From Pyrodictiaceae archaeon (GTDB lineage: Archaea > Thermoproteota > Thermoprotei_A > Sulfolobales > Pyrodictiaceae): DNA of 64,000 nucleotides. Within the stretch, counting starts at the first letter, position 1. Each line of letters begins with the position of its first letter. A program made the translations under genes and the position numbers. Under the pieces are notes generated by a model, which made no database searches, was not told the origin of the DNA, and saw only the letters and a list, made by a program, of their open reading frames with translations. Positions 1-9,526 of this stretch are shown piece after piece. The stretch spans positions 1-64,000 of the forward strand of contig JALVSY010000016.1 of assembly GCA_027036135.1 (NCBI GenBank). The letters run 5' to 3'.

Positions 1-80
1 GCAGAGAGGCTTAGCGGCTCTGCGTGTGATGTTGCATGTTTGAAGTTACACTCATGCAACATTAGCTTATATACTCTCAA

Positions 81-126
81 GCCTCTCGAGCCCGTGACCC
101 GGGTTCAAATCCCGGCCGCGGCACCA
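81..126 (+). tRNA. 3' portion (tRNA positions ~30-76) of tRNA-Glu(CTC); 5' part absent from the adjacent sequence
   Basis: GC-CTCTCGA-GCCCG anticodon loop, T-arm CCGGGTTCAAATCCCGG, acceptor 3' strand CCGCGGC-A-CCA. Bases 1-80 do not form a D-arm or 5' acceptor strand. Confidence 0.8.
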
Positions 127-217
127 AACCCTTAACACAGTTTCCAATCCTTCATTGTTCTGTTCATCGTTGTCCGAGCATTATTAGCCATGTATGATGA
201 TGGCTTTGCTCGTCCAT

Positions 218-787
218 CTAGTTATCTAGTTTCCTCTTATTTGTATTATACCATAGTGCTAGTCCTAGTACTCCGCCAGCAGCTTCTAGGGCTGAAACGA
301 GTATTATGTCAAGGTCTCCGTGAAAGCTGTTGGTGAGTCTGGCTATTAGTGCTCCTAGTGGTGAAAGAATTTCGAGGAATATGAGTCCCTTGAGGACTTC
401 TTGTACTAGATTATTGTTGTTTGCTAGGCTTTTTCCCAGAAATAGAGCCGAAAGCCATATTGTTATGAGAGTTATGAAGGCTTGAGATGATTGGTCGGGT
501 TCAGCTAAGGCTATGTAAATTATGAAGATGGAGAGCATGACGGGGTAAAGAATGAAGATAGCTATGCTATAGAGTGTCTTGCCTTGTCTAGAGAATATTG
601 CTCCTAGGCCTGGTAGTAGTGTATAGATGAGTAAGAATACCAGGAAAGGTATGGCTAAGGTGGCGGAGACAAGTGTTAGTGGCAAGATGGCTAGAAATGT
701 GGCTAGGTAGGGGGTGCCGCTAATGCTGCCTGCTAGGAGTATCAATGTTCCTGCTACGAAGCATGAAAAGTGGAGATAGTCTTTCAC
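218..787 (-). CDS. hypothetical multi-pass membrane protein
   Basis: 189 aa ORF with ~6 hydrophobic segments. Confidence 0.6.
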   Translation of the reverse strand: MKDYLHFSCFVAGTLILLAGSISGTPYLATFLAILPLTLVSATLAIPFLVFLLIYTLLPGLGAIFSRQGKTLYSIAIFILYPVMLSIFIIYIALAEPDQSSQAFITLITIWLSALFLGKSLANNNNLVQEVLKGLIFLEILSPLGALIARLTNSFHGDLDIILVSALEAAGGVLGLALWYNTNKRKLDN

Positions 788-933
788 GAAAAGTGCCCAA
801 GTGGAAACAGGGTCATGAAATCCAGTATATTAAGCTATATGTAATATCGGTGATTTTGAAGCAAGATTGCAATGGTGTTAATTAAAAGGGTTATAAATAT
901 CTGAAGTGATTAGTATATGTGTCTGTGAAGCCT

Positions 934-1719
934 TTAGCTCTGAGCACTTGTTGTCTCTGCTTGTGCTGTCTCTGTACCTGTTTGTTTACCTTCTTGCTCG
1001 GTTTTCTCTTCTTGTTTCTTAGTCTCTAGTTTCACTGTCTCTACAAACTCTATTTCTTTTACTTCGTCTTTTAGGTATTTTGCGGCCTCTAGGACCACTA
1101 TGCGCTTGGCTACTTGTAGGTCTTGTATTCCGAGGGCTTTTTCGTTCATAATTACTCGTGCTTTCTTCTCCTCTGGTGTGTACTCTATCTTTACATCGTT
1201 CTCCTTGATTGATGGTAGTAGTCTTCTCAGAACGAGGTGTAGTAGTTTTTCCTCTGGTGCTTTGAGTACTTTTACTACTTTGATTTTTGCCTCAATCGTT
1301 CTTCCTGCTAGTGGATGGTTGAAGTCAACTACTACTCGTCCCCCCGTTACACTTCTTATTACTGCTAATTGGCCGTTTATTTCAACTACTTTACCTGGTT
1401 CCGGTACTACCCCGCTTTTTAAGAAGGCGTTGCGATGCATGATTTTTATCTTAGATGGGTCTCGTTTGCCAAAGGCGTCCTCGGGCGGTATTTCTATGGT
1501 TTTCTCCTGACCCTCATCTAGCTCTTTTAGTGCTTTCTCTAGCCCCGGTAATAGTCTGCCCTCGCCTACTATGACGAGTCTTGGTCCGTATCGTTCTCTT
1601 GGATCGTAGGTTCCTTCTTTCTTAGCCTCTTCCTCGCTTGTAGTGTCTACGAGTTTTCCTGTATCTTTCACTCTAAGAGTATATTCCACTAGTACGAAGT
1701 CGCCATCGTTTAGCGGCAA
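934..1719 (-). CDS. FKBP-type peptidyl-prolyl isomerase (long SlyD-like archaeal type)
   Basis: GDFVLVEY, IPPEDAFG and VDFNHPLAG motifs. Confidence 0.93.
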   Translation of the reverse strand: MPLNDGDFVLVEYTLRVKDTGKLVDTTSEEEAKKEGTYDPRERYGPRLVIVGEGRLLPGLEKALKELDEGQEKTIEIPPEDAFGKRDPSKIKIMHRNAFLKSGVVPEPGKVVEINGQLAVIRSVTGGRVVVDFNHPLAGRTIEAKIKVVKVLKAPEEKLLHLVLRRLLPSIKENDVKIEYTPEEKKARVIMNEKALGIQDLQVAKRIVVLEAAKYLKDEVKEIEFVETVKLETKKQEEKTEQEGKQTGTETAQAETTSAQS

Positions 1720-1724
1720 GCGTG

Positions 1725-2276
1725 CTACACCCCGCTTCTAAGGTACCAGCCAGCATCAATGATGTTTTGAATATAAATAGTGTTTTGGCGTCTTAGTAAT
1801 CGTCCCCAGCCCAGGGGGTCATGTAGCTGGCTTAGAACTAGTACATAGTTCTCCTTACATTTTGACGTCTTTATCTCTGCCACGTTTTCGCCGAATACGT
1901 CTCTACCGTAGAGGAATAACTTCTCGGCACGGGTATTAATGACGACGTACCCCCTTGGTGGCGGTATTTTGTTCTCTAAACGTATTATAGCTGCAAGACC
2001 GAGTAGTGGCACTAACTTTTCTCCTCTAAGTCTTGCCACGTGTATGCCCACAGTGAAGGGTGTTAGTCCCTTGTTCTGCATCGTGGAGAGTTCTTCAACT
2101 AGGTTTTTCCTCACTACGTATATGTCTATGTTGCGTTCTTTCTCTCTGCATACTAGCTCTCTATCTCTTAGGAGCTCTTCTAGGCTAAGTCCTAGGCACT
2201 CGCTGATAAACTTGTTTAGCGATACCTTTGTCTTCTTATTACAGTGCCCGTACTCTATGTTTTCCTTAGTTTGCAT
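1725..2276 (-). CDS. NIP7-like PUA-domain ribosome biogenesis protein
   Basis: LFLYGRDVF and C-terminal NIIDAGWYLRSG; downstream of an m5C methyltransferase. Confidence 0.8.
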   Translation of the reverse strand: MQTKENIEYGHCNKKTKVSLNKFISECLGLSLEELLRDRELVCREKERNIDIYVVRKNLVEELSTMQNKGLTPFTVGIHVARLRGEKLVPLLGLAAIIRLENKIPPPRGYVVINTRAEKLFLYGRDVFGENVAEIKTSKCKENYVLVLSQLHDPLGWGRLLRRQNTIYIQNIIDAGWYLRSGV

Positions 2277-3298
2277 ATTGTGAAGCCCTCTGTGCGATGT
2301 AGGTGTGGGAAGAGGCGTCTACATCTAGCTAGGGAGGGGTCTGTTCTTAGGCCAGCATAGCTTGTTCTTCCGGGCTCTCCTGGTATGCGTGGTTGCTCTA
2401 TCTCGAAGTCTCCCCGTTTCTTAAGCAGTGTGTTGATAACGTACTCGTTTTCCTCGAAGCTCATGCTACAAGTCGCGTAGATTATTGTTGCGTTCTTCCT
2501 AGCTGCGCTAAGGGCTGCGTCTAGTAGTTGGAGTTGGAGATGGACTCTTGTGAGTATGTCGTCTATAGTGCGTGGCCTAGTCTTAGCAGGGTACGGTATT
2601 AGGCCTTCTCCACTACATGGTGCGTCGAGTAGTATTGAGTCAAATTTTCCCAGTCTGGGGACCTCTCGTGCATCCATGTTTATCGCTACTACGTTATCCA
2701 CGTGTAAGCGGCTTAGATTGTTCTTGAGAGCTAGTAGTTTTCTATTGTTTATGTCTAGCGCGATTATTTTTGCACGGTTATTGTGTTGTGCTATTTGTGT
2801 TGTTTTTATACCAGCGCCAGCGCACATGTCAAGTACCCTGTTGGCTTGTTCCGGTTCTTGTGCTAGTACTGCCAGCATTGAGGCTGGGCCCTGTATTGCA
2901 TAGAGCCCTAGCATGTACTCATGTAGTGCGCCTATTGGTATAGGTGTATGTTCAACGATTATGCCATAGGGTGTTGGCTTATACTCTTTTACTAAGAGCC
3001 CCTTGGCTTCTAGTCCCTTAATTAGTCTATCCCTAGTGGTTAGTAGCGTGTTAGTACGTATTGTTTTAAGAGGCTTTGTCTCCAGGATTTTTTCTAGATC
3101 ATTCATGGATAAGAGTTCGATGTATCTTGCTGCTTGGTGCACATGTATCCAGCTATACCTCGCGGTTATTCTCTCTGCTTTCTCTGCATTTTTCTCTATA
3201 ACCTTTGTTAGTGCTTTACGCAGGATGGCTAGCTCTTCGGTGAAGTTTTTTTGAGGCAATGTCTTCCCGTCTTCTTGGTGCTGATTAGTGACGCTCAT
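2255..3298 (-). CDS. RsmB/NOL1/NOP2-family RNA m5C methyltransferase (start may be TTG 3259)
   Basis: VLDMCAGAGIKT, LLDAPCSG and YATCS motifs. Confidence 0.92.
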   Translation of the reverse strand: MSVTNQHQEDGKTLPQKNFTEELAILRKALTKVIEKNAEKAERITARYSWIHVHQAARYIELLSMNDLEKILETKPLKTIRTNTLLTTRDRLIKGLEAKGLLVKEYKPTPYGIIVEHTPIPIGALHEYMLGLYAIQGPASMLAVLAQEPEQANRVLDMCAGAGIKTTQIAQHNNRAKIIALDINNRKLLALKNNLSRLHVDNVVAINMDAREVPRLGKFDSILLDAPCSGEGLIPYPAKTRPRTIDDILTRVHLQLQLLDAALSAARKNATIIYATCSMSFEENEYVINTLLKKRGDFEIEQPRIPGEPGRTSYAGLRTDPSLARCRRLFPHLHRTEGFTICKLRKT

Positions 3299-3818
3299 AG
3301 TTCGACGTGGCCTCTTCGTTGGGCGCTTCCAGCCTCCTCACTGGGGTCACATAGAGGTTATAAGGTGGTGCATGAGGCACGTTGATGAACTTATTATAGT
3401 TATTGGATCCGCTCAAGAAAGCCATACTATCAAGAACCCCTTTACAGCAGGAGAGCGTATAGAGATGCTTCGCCTCGCTCTCCGTGATTCTGGTATCGAT
3501 GTTTCCCATGTCTACTTGGTACCAGTACAAGATATTGCTATGAACTTTGTGTGGCCACGTTATATAGAGCTGCTTGTGCCTAGGTTCCAGGTAGTGTTCT
3601 CGCGTAACCCATTGGTAGTTAGATTGTTTAATGAATATGGCTACAGGATTATCGAGCCTCCTAGCTTTAGCAGGGATGAATATAGTGCAACTCATGTACG
3701 CAACCTCATGCTTAGTGGTAATGATGAGTGGAGAAGACTCGTTCCTCCGAGTGTTGCTAGCTATATTGATTCTATAAAGGGTGTTGAGCGTATACAGAGA
3801 ATAGCTATGAAAGACTAG
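3288..3818 (+). CDS. nadM: nicotinamide-nucleotide adenylyltransferase
   Basis: GRFQPPHWGH (HxGH), GSAQESH, NPFTAGER. Confidence 0.95.
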   Translation: MTLIVRRGLFVGRFQPPHWGHIEVIRWCMRHVDELIIVIGSAQESHTIKNPFTAGERIEMLRLALRDSGIDVSHVYLVPVQDIAMNFVWPRYIELLVPRFQVVFSRNPLVVRLFNEYGYRIIEPPSFSRDEYSATHVRNLMLSGNDEWRRLVPPSVASYIDSIKGVERIQRIAMKD

Positions 3819-3834
3819 TAGGAGGTGACCACGG

Positions 3835-4908
3835 TTGATAGTGATAGATGGTAGTATTGGTGAGGGTGGTGGACAAATACTGCGCACTTCGCTTGCTCTT
3901 GCAGCTCTGCTCGGCAAAGAGATAAGGATAATCAATATTAGGGCTAAGCGCCCTCGCCCAGGTCTACAAAGACAACATATGGTCTCTGTTCAGGCAGTTG
4001 CTGAGCTATCTGGTGCAAAGGTAGATGGCCTTCATCTAGGCTCAACAGAAATAGTGTTTAGGCCTGGAAGTATCCGGAGCGGTACTTTCAGGTTTAATAT
4101 AGGTACAGCGGGCAGTGTAACGCTAGTTATGCAAGCTATTCTACCTGTTATGGCATTTGCTCCTGGGCCTATTATTGTTGAGATACGTGGTGGAACTGAT
4201 GTACCGTGGAGCCCGCCAATAGACTATATGCGGTTTGTATTCTCTCACCTCCTTGAAAAATTCGGATTTAGCATAGATATTGTGGTAAGGAGGAGAGGAC
4301 ATTACCCTCGTGGCGGCGGAATAGTAGTAGTTAATGCACCTAACCCTCCACGCATGTTAAGAAGCGCTATCCTAAAGGAGAGAGGAGAGATTAGAGCCAT
4401 TGAGGGGCTCTCCCATGCGGTTCGGCTCCCGAGGCATGTTGCGGAGAGACAAGCTCGTAGCGCCGAGGAGTATTTGCGTAACAAGCTGGGCAACATACCT
4501 ATAAGGATAAATACTGAGTGGTATGAGCCGAGCCGTGACCCTCACTTGGGCCCAGGTAGCGGTATTGTTGTCTGGGCCTATACTAGGAACTCTATACTTG
4601 GTGGTGACTCGCTTGGAGCCAAGGGAAAGCGTGCAGAGGTAGTCGGACAAGAGGCGGCCCAGCGACTTTACGAAGATCTCATTACAGGTAAGGCGCTTGA
4701 TAGACATGCTTCTGATATGGTGCTTGTATATGCAGCTCTTGCTTGCGGCGAATCCATACTAGGCGGCTCTAGACTCACCATGCATGCATGGACAAATGTA
4801 AAGATACTCGAACAATTAATTCCTAATGTCAGGATAGAATTCATTGAAGGAGGTGAGTTAAATAAGTCATTCATTGTCAGGGTTAAGGGAATTTGTTTCC
4901 AGAGATAA
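3835..4908 (+). CDS. rtcA: RNA 3'-terminal phosphate cyclase
   Basis: IDGSIGEGGGQILR, GHYPRGGG, DRHASD; SD GGAGGTGA. Confidence 0.95.
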   Translation: MIVIDGSIGEGGGQILRTSLALAALLGKEIRIINIRAKRPRPGLQRQHMVSVQAVAELSGAKVDGLHLGSTEIVFRPGSIRSGTFRFNIGTAGSVTLVMQAILPVMAFAPGPIIVEIRGGTDVPWSPPIDYMRFVFSHLLEKFGFSIDIVVRRRGHYPRGGGIVVVNAPNPPRMLRSAILKERGEIRAIEGLSHAVRLPRHVAERQARSAEEYLRNKLGNIPIRINTEWYEPSRDPHLGPGSGIVVWAYTRNSILGGDSLGAKGKRAEVVGQEAAQRLYEDLITGKALDRHASDMVLVYAALACGESILGGSRLTMHAWTNVKILEQLIPNVRIEFIEGGELNKSFIVRVKGICFQR

Positions 4909-4918
4909 CAAACTAGTT

Positions 4919-6040
4919 TTATGCATTATCTATGAAGAGCCATGGTGTGATCCTTTGTAGGCATAGATGAATGACTCTAATAAGGCTCTCTATATTCTTG
5001 CCAGTTAGCGCGGAAATCGGAATAATCTGGTCTATGCAAGTATGTTTAGAAACGAGTATATCTTGGATACTTTCTGAAACTCTTGTTAGAGCATCACTAA
5101 TATTTGCTATGTCGGTTTTATTGAATGCTATTATAAGTCCTATATCGCGTTTCCTAACTATATTATCATATATATCTCTTAGTAATGCTATTTGTTCGTC
5201 TATGTCTTGGACTCTTTCATCCGATGGGTCAAATAAATATAGAATGATATCGGGGAGCGAGCTTATGGCTGCAAGGGCTTTTCTCTCTATTTCATTCTGC
5301 TGTAATAGTGGCCTTTCCAAAATACCTGGAGTATCAACTACATAGAATTCTATTCCTTCGTGCCTTGTTTTTCCAACTATTATATTCTTAGTTGTAAAGG
5401 GATATGGAGCTACCTCTGGTTTTGCTGTCGATAAATGCCTAACTAGTGTTGATTTGCCGGAGCTAGGTATACCTGCTACAACTACTACTGGTAGCCCCTC
5501 AGATATAATGTGAGTGTGAAGTAGTTCTTGGTGCACTTTGCGCAGAACTTCAAGGTCTCTTTTAAGACGACGAACAACAGAAAGTATACGCCCGCTCCCC
5601 TCCCTTCTATAACGGCTCGCTTCTCGCGAATCCTGCGCGGACAGTACTAGTAACTTATACTCGTTCCAGAACTCACGTATAAGCTTAAGAGTTCTCCGTA
5701 CTCTTCTAAGTGAATTCTCATAGCTTATTCCCACGAAGTTTTCCACAAGTGCTCGGTGAAAATCACTCATCTCCTCTAGCCTGGGAAGTCTAGCTATTTC
5801 TCGTAGCCTAGAATATACCACATTAAATACAACTTCTAAGCGCTTTAGTTCAAGTTCTTTTTTCCCGTATAAACCTGGTTTTCTTTTCCTAATTTTGCGG
5901 TATCGTTCTCCAACTATTCTTACAATCTCGTCTGATGTATATACATATATGCGCCTAAGGGCTAAGACGGTGCTTACGAGCTTTTGAGCATTCTTATGTC
6001 TTTCTATCCAAGGAAGTTCTTGTATGCCTTCTTTCTGCAT
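4919..6040 (-). CDS. NOG1-family GTPase
   Basis: GIPSSGKS, YPFTTK, DTPGIL, NKTD, ISA motifs. Confidence 0.9.
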   Translation of the reverse strand: MQKEGIQELPWIERHKNAQKLVSTVLALRRIYVYTSDEIVRIVGERYRKIRKRKPGLYGKKELELKRLEVVFNVVYSRLREIARLPRLEEMSDFHRALVENFVGISYENSLRRVRRTLKLIREFWNEYKLLVLSAQDSREASRYRREGSGRILSVVRRLKRDLEVLRKVHQELLHTHIISEGLPVVVVAGIPSSGKSTLVRHLSTAKPEVAPYPFTTKNIIVGKTRHEGIEFYVVDTPGILERPLLQQNEIERKALAAISSLPDIILYLFDPSDERVQDIDEQIALLRDIYDNIVRKRDIGLIIAFNKTDIANISDALTRVSESIQDILVSKHTCIDQIIPISALTGKNIESLIRVIHLCLQRITPWLFIDNA

Positions 6041-6120
6041 AGTAGGCTCCTCGTAGGGTTTACTTGGAGTTCACCCTATAATAGTGTCTATAGTATCACG
6101 ATGCCAATATTATTTTGGGG

Positions 6121-6634
6121 TTAATCTATGCATTTCAGCACATTTTTAACTACTCTCTTTATCCTGCTCCTCGATATATTGTATTTCCGAGAATAATATG
6201 ATATTAATGGATACTCTCCTTGTTTAATAGACTTAGCTATCTCTATCGCTAGGATCTTTAGATTGCCGTTTAGTCGGCGAACAAGTGTTGCCAAGCACTC
6301 ATTGTCCAATAATTCATTCTCATACATGAGGATTGAGGTTAGCTTAGCTAAGTAATGAGGGTTAGTCTCTCTCAGTTTTTTTTGAAAGTTTTGTTGATAG
6401 AACTAGTTTATTGAAGTTGAAGTTTATTAGCTCTGTTTCTGTAATGGTATAACGTCTCTCAATGCCGGTTCTGGATGCTTTGTACACTTGTATGTTAACA
6501 GCAGTACAATCATACACAGCATCATCTATTACTGTTCCACAGTCCCTGCAGACAACAATCCCTCTATTATAATCTATGACTACGTTACTTGATCCACAGT
6601 AGGGGCACTTCCTTATATATCTTGTCAATAACAA
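6121..6634 (-). pseudogene. TFIIB-type zinc-ribbon protein (TFB3-like candidate), split by a frameshift at an A8 run (6376-6383)
   Basis: CPYCGS..VVCRDCG zinc ribbon. Removing one A joins ORFs 6362-6634 and 6121-6327 into one ~170 aa frame. Confidence 0.6.
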
Positions 6635-6820
6635 TTATCTCCCTGTAACTAGTCATTATGCTTTCTTTTGATAAAAGCTAATAGAGATGGGTGTTCTATT
6701 CCTTGGCTGTGTCTTCGTTGAAACTATTCCTCTGTGGAAAAGAGGATAGCGTTTGTTGTTTAGGCAAAATCATATTTATACTGAATATTAGGCTAGGACT
6801 AGCCTTGGGGCAAGAGAATT

Positions 6821-7441
6821 ATGAGCTATCATGAATACGGTATAGGCGCAACAGCAGTAGGTGTTAGAGGAAGAGACTTTGTAATCCTTGGTGCTGAGAG
6901 ACGTGTCAGCTATGGTGGCTATGTGGCAAGTAAAGCTGGTAAGAAGGTCTATAAGGTAACTGATTATCTCGGCATGGCGCTTGCTGGGTTATTTGCAGAC
7001 ATCCAGGCTATAACAAAGATGCTAAAAGCGAACATTGATTATTACAATCTAGTAGTTGGCAAACGTATAAGTATTAGAGCAGCGGCGAAGCTACTAGCAA
7101 CAATACTGTATTCTTACAAATACTTCCCATTCTTCTCAGAGGTTCTGATAGGTGGAATAGATCTAGAAGGAGAGCCAAGATTGTATGTAATGGATCCTCT
7201 TGGCTCGCTCATTGAGGACGACTTTGCAGCTCTTGGATCGGGCGCCCCCATAGCAATAGGTGTCCTAGAAACACGATATAGCAAAGATATGAGAGTAGAG
7301 GATGCAAAGAAAATGGTTGTCGATTCCATAAGAGCAGCTATAGAACGAGACGCGTTATCGGGCGACGGCATAGATATCTTAGTAATAGTGCGCGAAGATA
7401 ATAAGGTAAAGGCTAAGGAGGAATCAATAAAGCTCTTTTAG
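6821..7441 (+). CDS. psmB: proteasome beta subunit, probably the non-catalytic type (GATAVG)
   Basis: GATAVG, ALGSG, AIERDALSGDG. Confidence 0.92.
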   Translation: MSYHEYGIGATAVGVRGRDFVILGAERRVSYGGYVASKAGKKVYKVTDYLGMALAGLFADIQAITKMLKANIDYYNLVVGKRISIRAAAKLLATILYSYKYFPFFSEVLIGGIDLEGEPRLYVMDPLGSLIEDDFAALGSGAPIAIGVLETRYSKDMRVEDAKKMVVDSIRAAIERDALSGDGIDILVIVREDNKVKAKEESIKLF

Positions 7442-7552
7442 TACGTAATAATTAACTCTTTCATTCTCCGCGCCCTATATGGTGAACAAAACCTAGAATA
7501 AGGATGCACCAAATTAATTTCACTTTAATTGTGAGATGGAGGCGAAATATTC

Positions 7553-8329
7553 ACGCAGAAACATAGTCTCAACATAGATACGCTTATCCATATTCAAAAG
7601 AAAATATCAGAAAAAGCATTATCTAGCATTAAAGCCGGGTTATCGGGAACTCCGAGAACCGCACTGGGTCTTGATGCAGCGTATTCTAAGAGATATGGTG
7701 GTGTAGCAATAGCCGCCCTTGTTGACATAAGTAATTGTAATCTCATAGAGTATAGCGTCTCCATAGGTGAGCCTAAGCTAGAATACATTCCAGGCCTTTT
7801 GGCATTCAGAGAGGCAGCCCTATTTTATACAGCCATACAGAGGCTTAAACATCAATCCTATGATGTAATAGTAGTTGATGGACACGGGGTATCGCATCCG
7901 AGATACGCTGGTATAGCAACACATATTGGCCTCGCATTAGCTAAGCCATCAATAGGTGTCGCTAAGAAGAAGCTTTATGGAGTATTAAAAATGATCAGAG
8001 ATAGAGAATCGTGTCGCGACTTTCCATGCGTTATCGGAGAATTAATTGATAAGAAACGAAGTGATCTAGTACTGGCTTATGCAGTTATACCTAAGAGCAG
8101 AGATAAGAGTCCGATATATGTAAGCCCGGGTGCACATATCTCTCTAGATGATGCATATAGAGTAATATCGTCGATGCTTGAGAAGAGTCCATCAAAGCTA
8201 CCTTGTCCGACATACTATGCCGACAAGTTGTCCAAAAAGATAGCCAGAGGCCTAGACGCTGGCACGCTAAGCCCGCGCTCATTTAAGCTAAGAGCGTTGA
8301 GTACCCTTGATAAGTACCTAATTACCTAA
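7553..8329 (+). CDS. nfi: endonuclease V; frame is open from 7535 but has no canonical start before 7799
   Basis: ALGLDAAY, EYIPGLLAFRE, VDGHGVSHPR, SIGVAKK, YVSPG. Confidence 0.88.
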   Translation, partial: TQKHSLNIDTLIHIQKKISEKALSSIKAGLSGTPRTALGLDAAYSKRYGGVAIAALVDISNCNLIEYSVSIGEPKLEYIPGLLAFREAALFYTAIQRLKHQSYDVIVVDGHGVSHPRYAGIATHIGLALAKPSIGVAKKKLYGVLKMIRDRESCRDFPCVIGELIDKKRSDLVLAYAVIPKSRDKSPIYVSPGAHISLDDAYRVISSMLEKSPSKLPCPTYYADKLSKKIARGLDAGTLSPRSFKLRALSTLDKYLIT

Positions 8330-8364
8330 TTAGATAAGGGGTGATACAGCAATATACAACAGTA

Positions 8365-9480
8365 TTAGTCTATAACTCCGGTTATCCTTGCTAGTTGTTC
8401 AGCCGCTTTTTTGGTAAGCCCTGTCTCGCCGAGAATAGTATATCTCTCTGGCCTAATCTTATGTGCTATTGTAAGAGCTTCTATGATTATGTGATCCGGT
8501 ATACCGTAATCCCTAGCCTTGATCGGTATCCCTACTTTCTCAACCGTGTTTTTAACCCTTCTCCAGTCGCCTCCATGGAGGTACATCATCATTATCGTCC
8601 CAAGGGCCACTTGTTCCCCGTGAAGAGCTCTTCCCGGATATAGTACATCAAGAGCATGACTGAATAAGTGCTCTGATCCACTTGCAGGCCTAGTGGAGCC
8701 AGCTATACACATAGCAACACCGCTGCTCACAAGCCCTTCAACGAGTATCCTTATAGCCTCTTTGCTTCCACGCCCTATCTCGCCTGCGTACTCTATTATG
8801 TGACGAGCCGAGAGAAGAGCAAGCTTTGCTGCGTACTCTCCGTAATATTCGCCCTTAAGTCTATGTGCGAGCTTCCAATCACGTACAGCAGTAAGCTTAG
8901 CAATTAAGTCGCCAGCACCAGCCCTAACGAGACGCTTCGGAGCATCCGCTATAATGTCTATATCAGCTATAATGGCATAGGGTGTTCTAACCCTAATAGA
9001 GTAAGGCCTATTAAGCCCCTTCAACGAGACAAAGGGAGACACTATACCATCGTGAGAAGGACTCGTCGGCACACTAATCATGACTTTCTCAGTCTTGTAT
9101 GCAACGTATTTTGCTAAGTCTATCGACTTGCCTCCACCAAAGCCTATAACAATATCTGGTCGATATTCAGCCACCTCTGCTGCCAATTTCTCAGCAAAAT
9201 CCCTAGAAGGCGTTCTTGCAGTAAACACGCTGTACTCCTTTACCCTGCCTAGTGACTCTAAGAATACGTCAGAGTATTTTTTCCATACATTAGGCCCAGC
9301 TATTATAGCGACTGTAGGGCGCTCTTTTACATCAGTAACTACGCTAGATAGAGACTTAATAGCTCCATTGCCTACAATGACGTGTTGAGGAAGCATTATA
9401 TGATGAAGCAAGGCTGCGTCTACACCCTTGCGGCAAGCGTACCCATTACTAAGAGTCACTATTTTAGTAACTGTACACAT
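8365..9480 (-). CDS. egsA: sn-glycerol-1-phosphate dehydrogenase
   Basis: GGGKSIDLAK, PTSPSHDG, SGSEHLFSHA, HGEQV. Confidence 0.95.
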   Translation of the reverse strand: MCTVTKIVTLSNGYACRKGVDAALLHHIMLPQHVIVGNGAIKSLSSVVTDVKERPTVAIIAGPNVWKKYSDVFLESLGRVKEYSVFTARTPSRDFAEKLAAEVAEYRPDIVIGFGGGKSIDLAKYVAYKTEKVMISVPTSPSHDGIVSPFVSLKGLNRPYSIRVRTPYAIIADIDIIADAPKRLVRAGAGDLIAKLTAVRDWKLAHRLKGEYYGEYAAKLALLSARHIIEYAGEIGRGSKEAIRILVEGLVSSGVAMCIAGSTRPASGSEHLFSHALDVLYPGRALHGEQVALGTIMMMYLHGGDWRRVKNTVEKVGIPIKARDYGIPDHIIIEALTIAHKIRPERYTILGETGLTKKAAEQLARITGVID

Positions 9481-9526
9481 GTTTATAAGTGACTCCGCAA
9501 ACTAGAGCCCTACATGGCTGAAAACA

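Noticed and set aside
98-118. 21-nt identity between the tRNA-Glu fragment and tRNA-Ala (CCCGGGTTCAAATCCCGGCCG) as possible att repeats bounding a 55-kb element
   Set aside because: The copies are inverted, the match is just the conserved T-arm, the anticodon and acceptor sequences differ, and the DNA between them is core genome.
6720-6725. ANTTTC (UV-responsive-element-like) hexamer upstream of the TFB3-like gene
   Set aside because: A single degenerate hexamer ~45 nt from the nearest TATA-like box; expected by chance.
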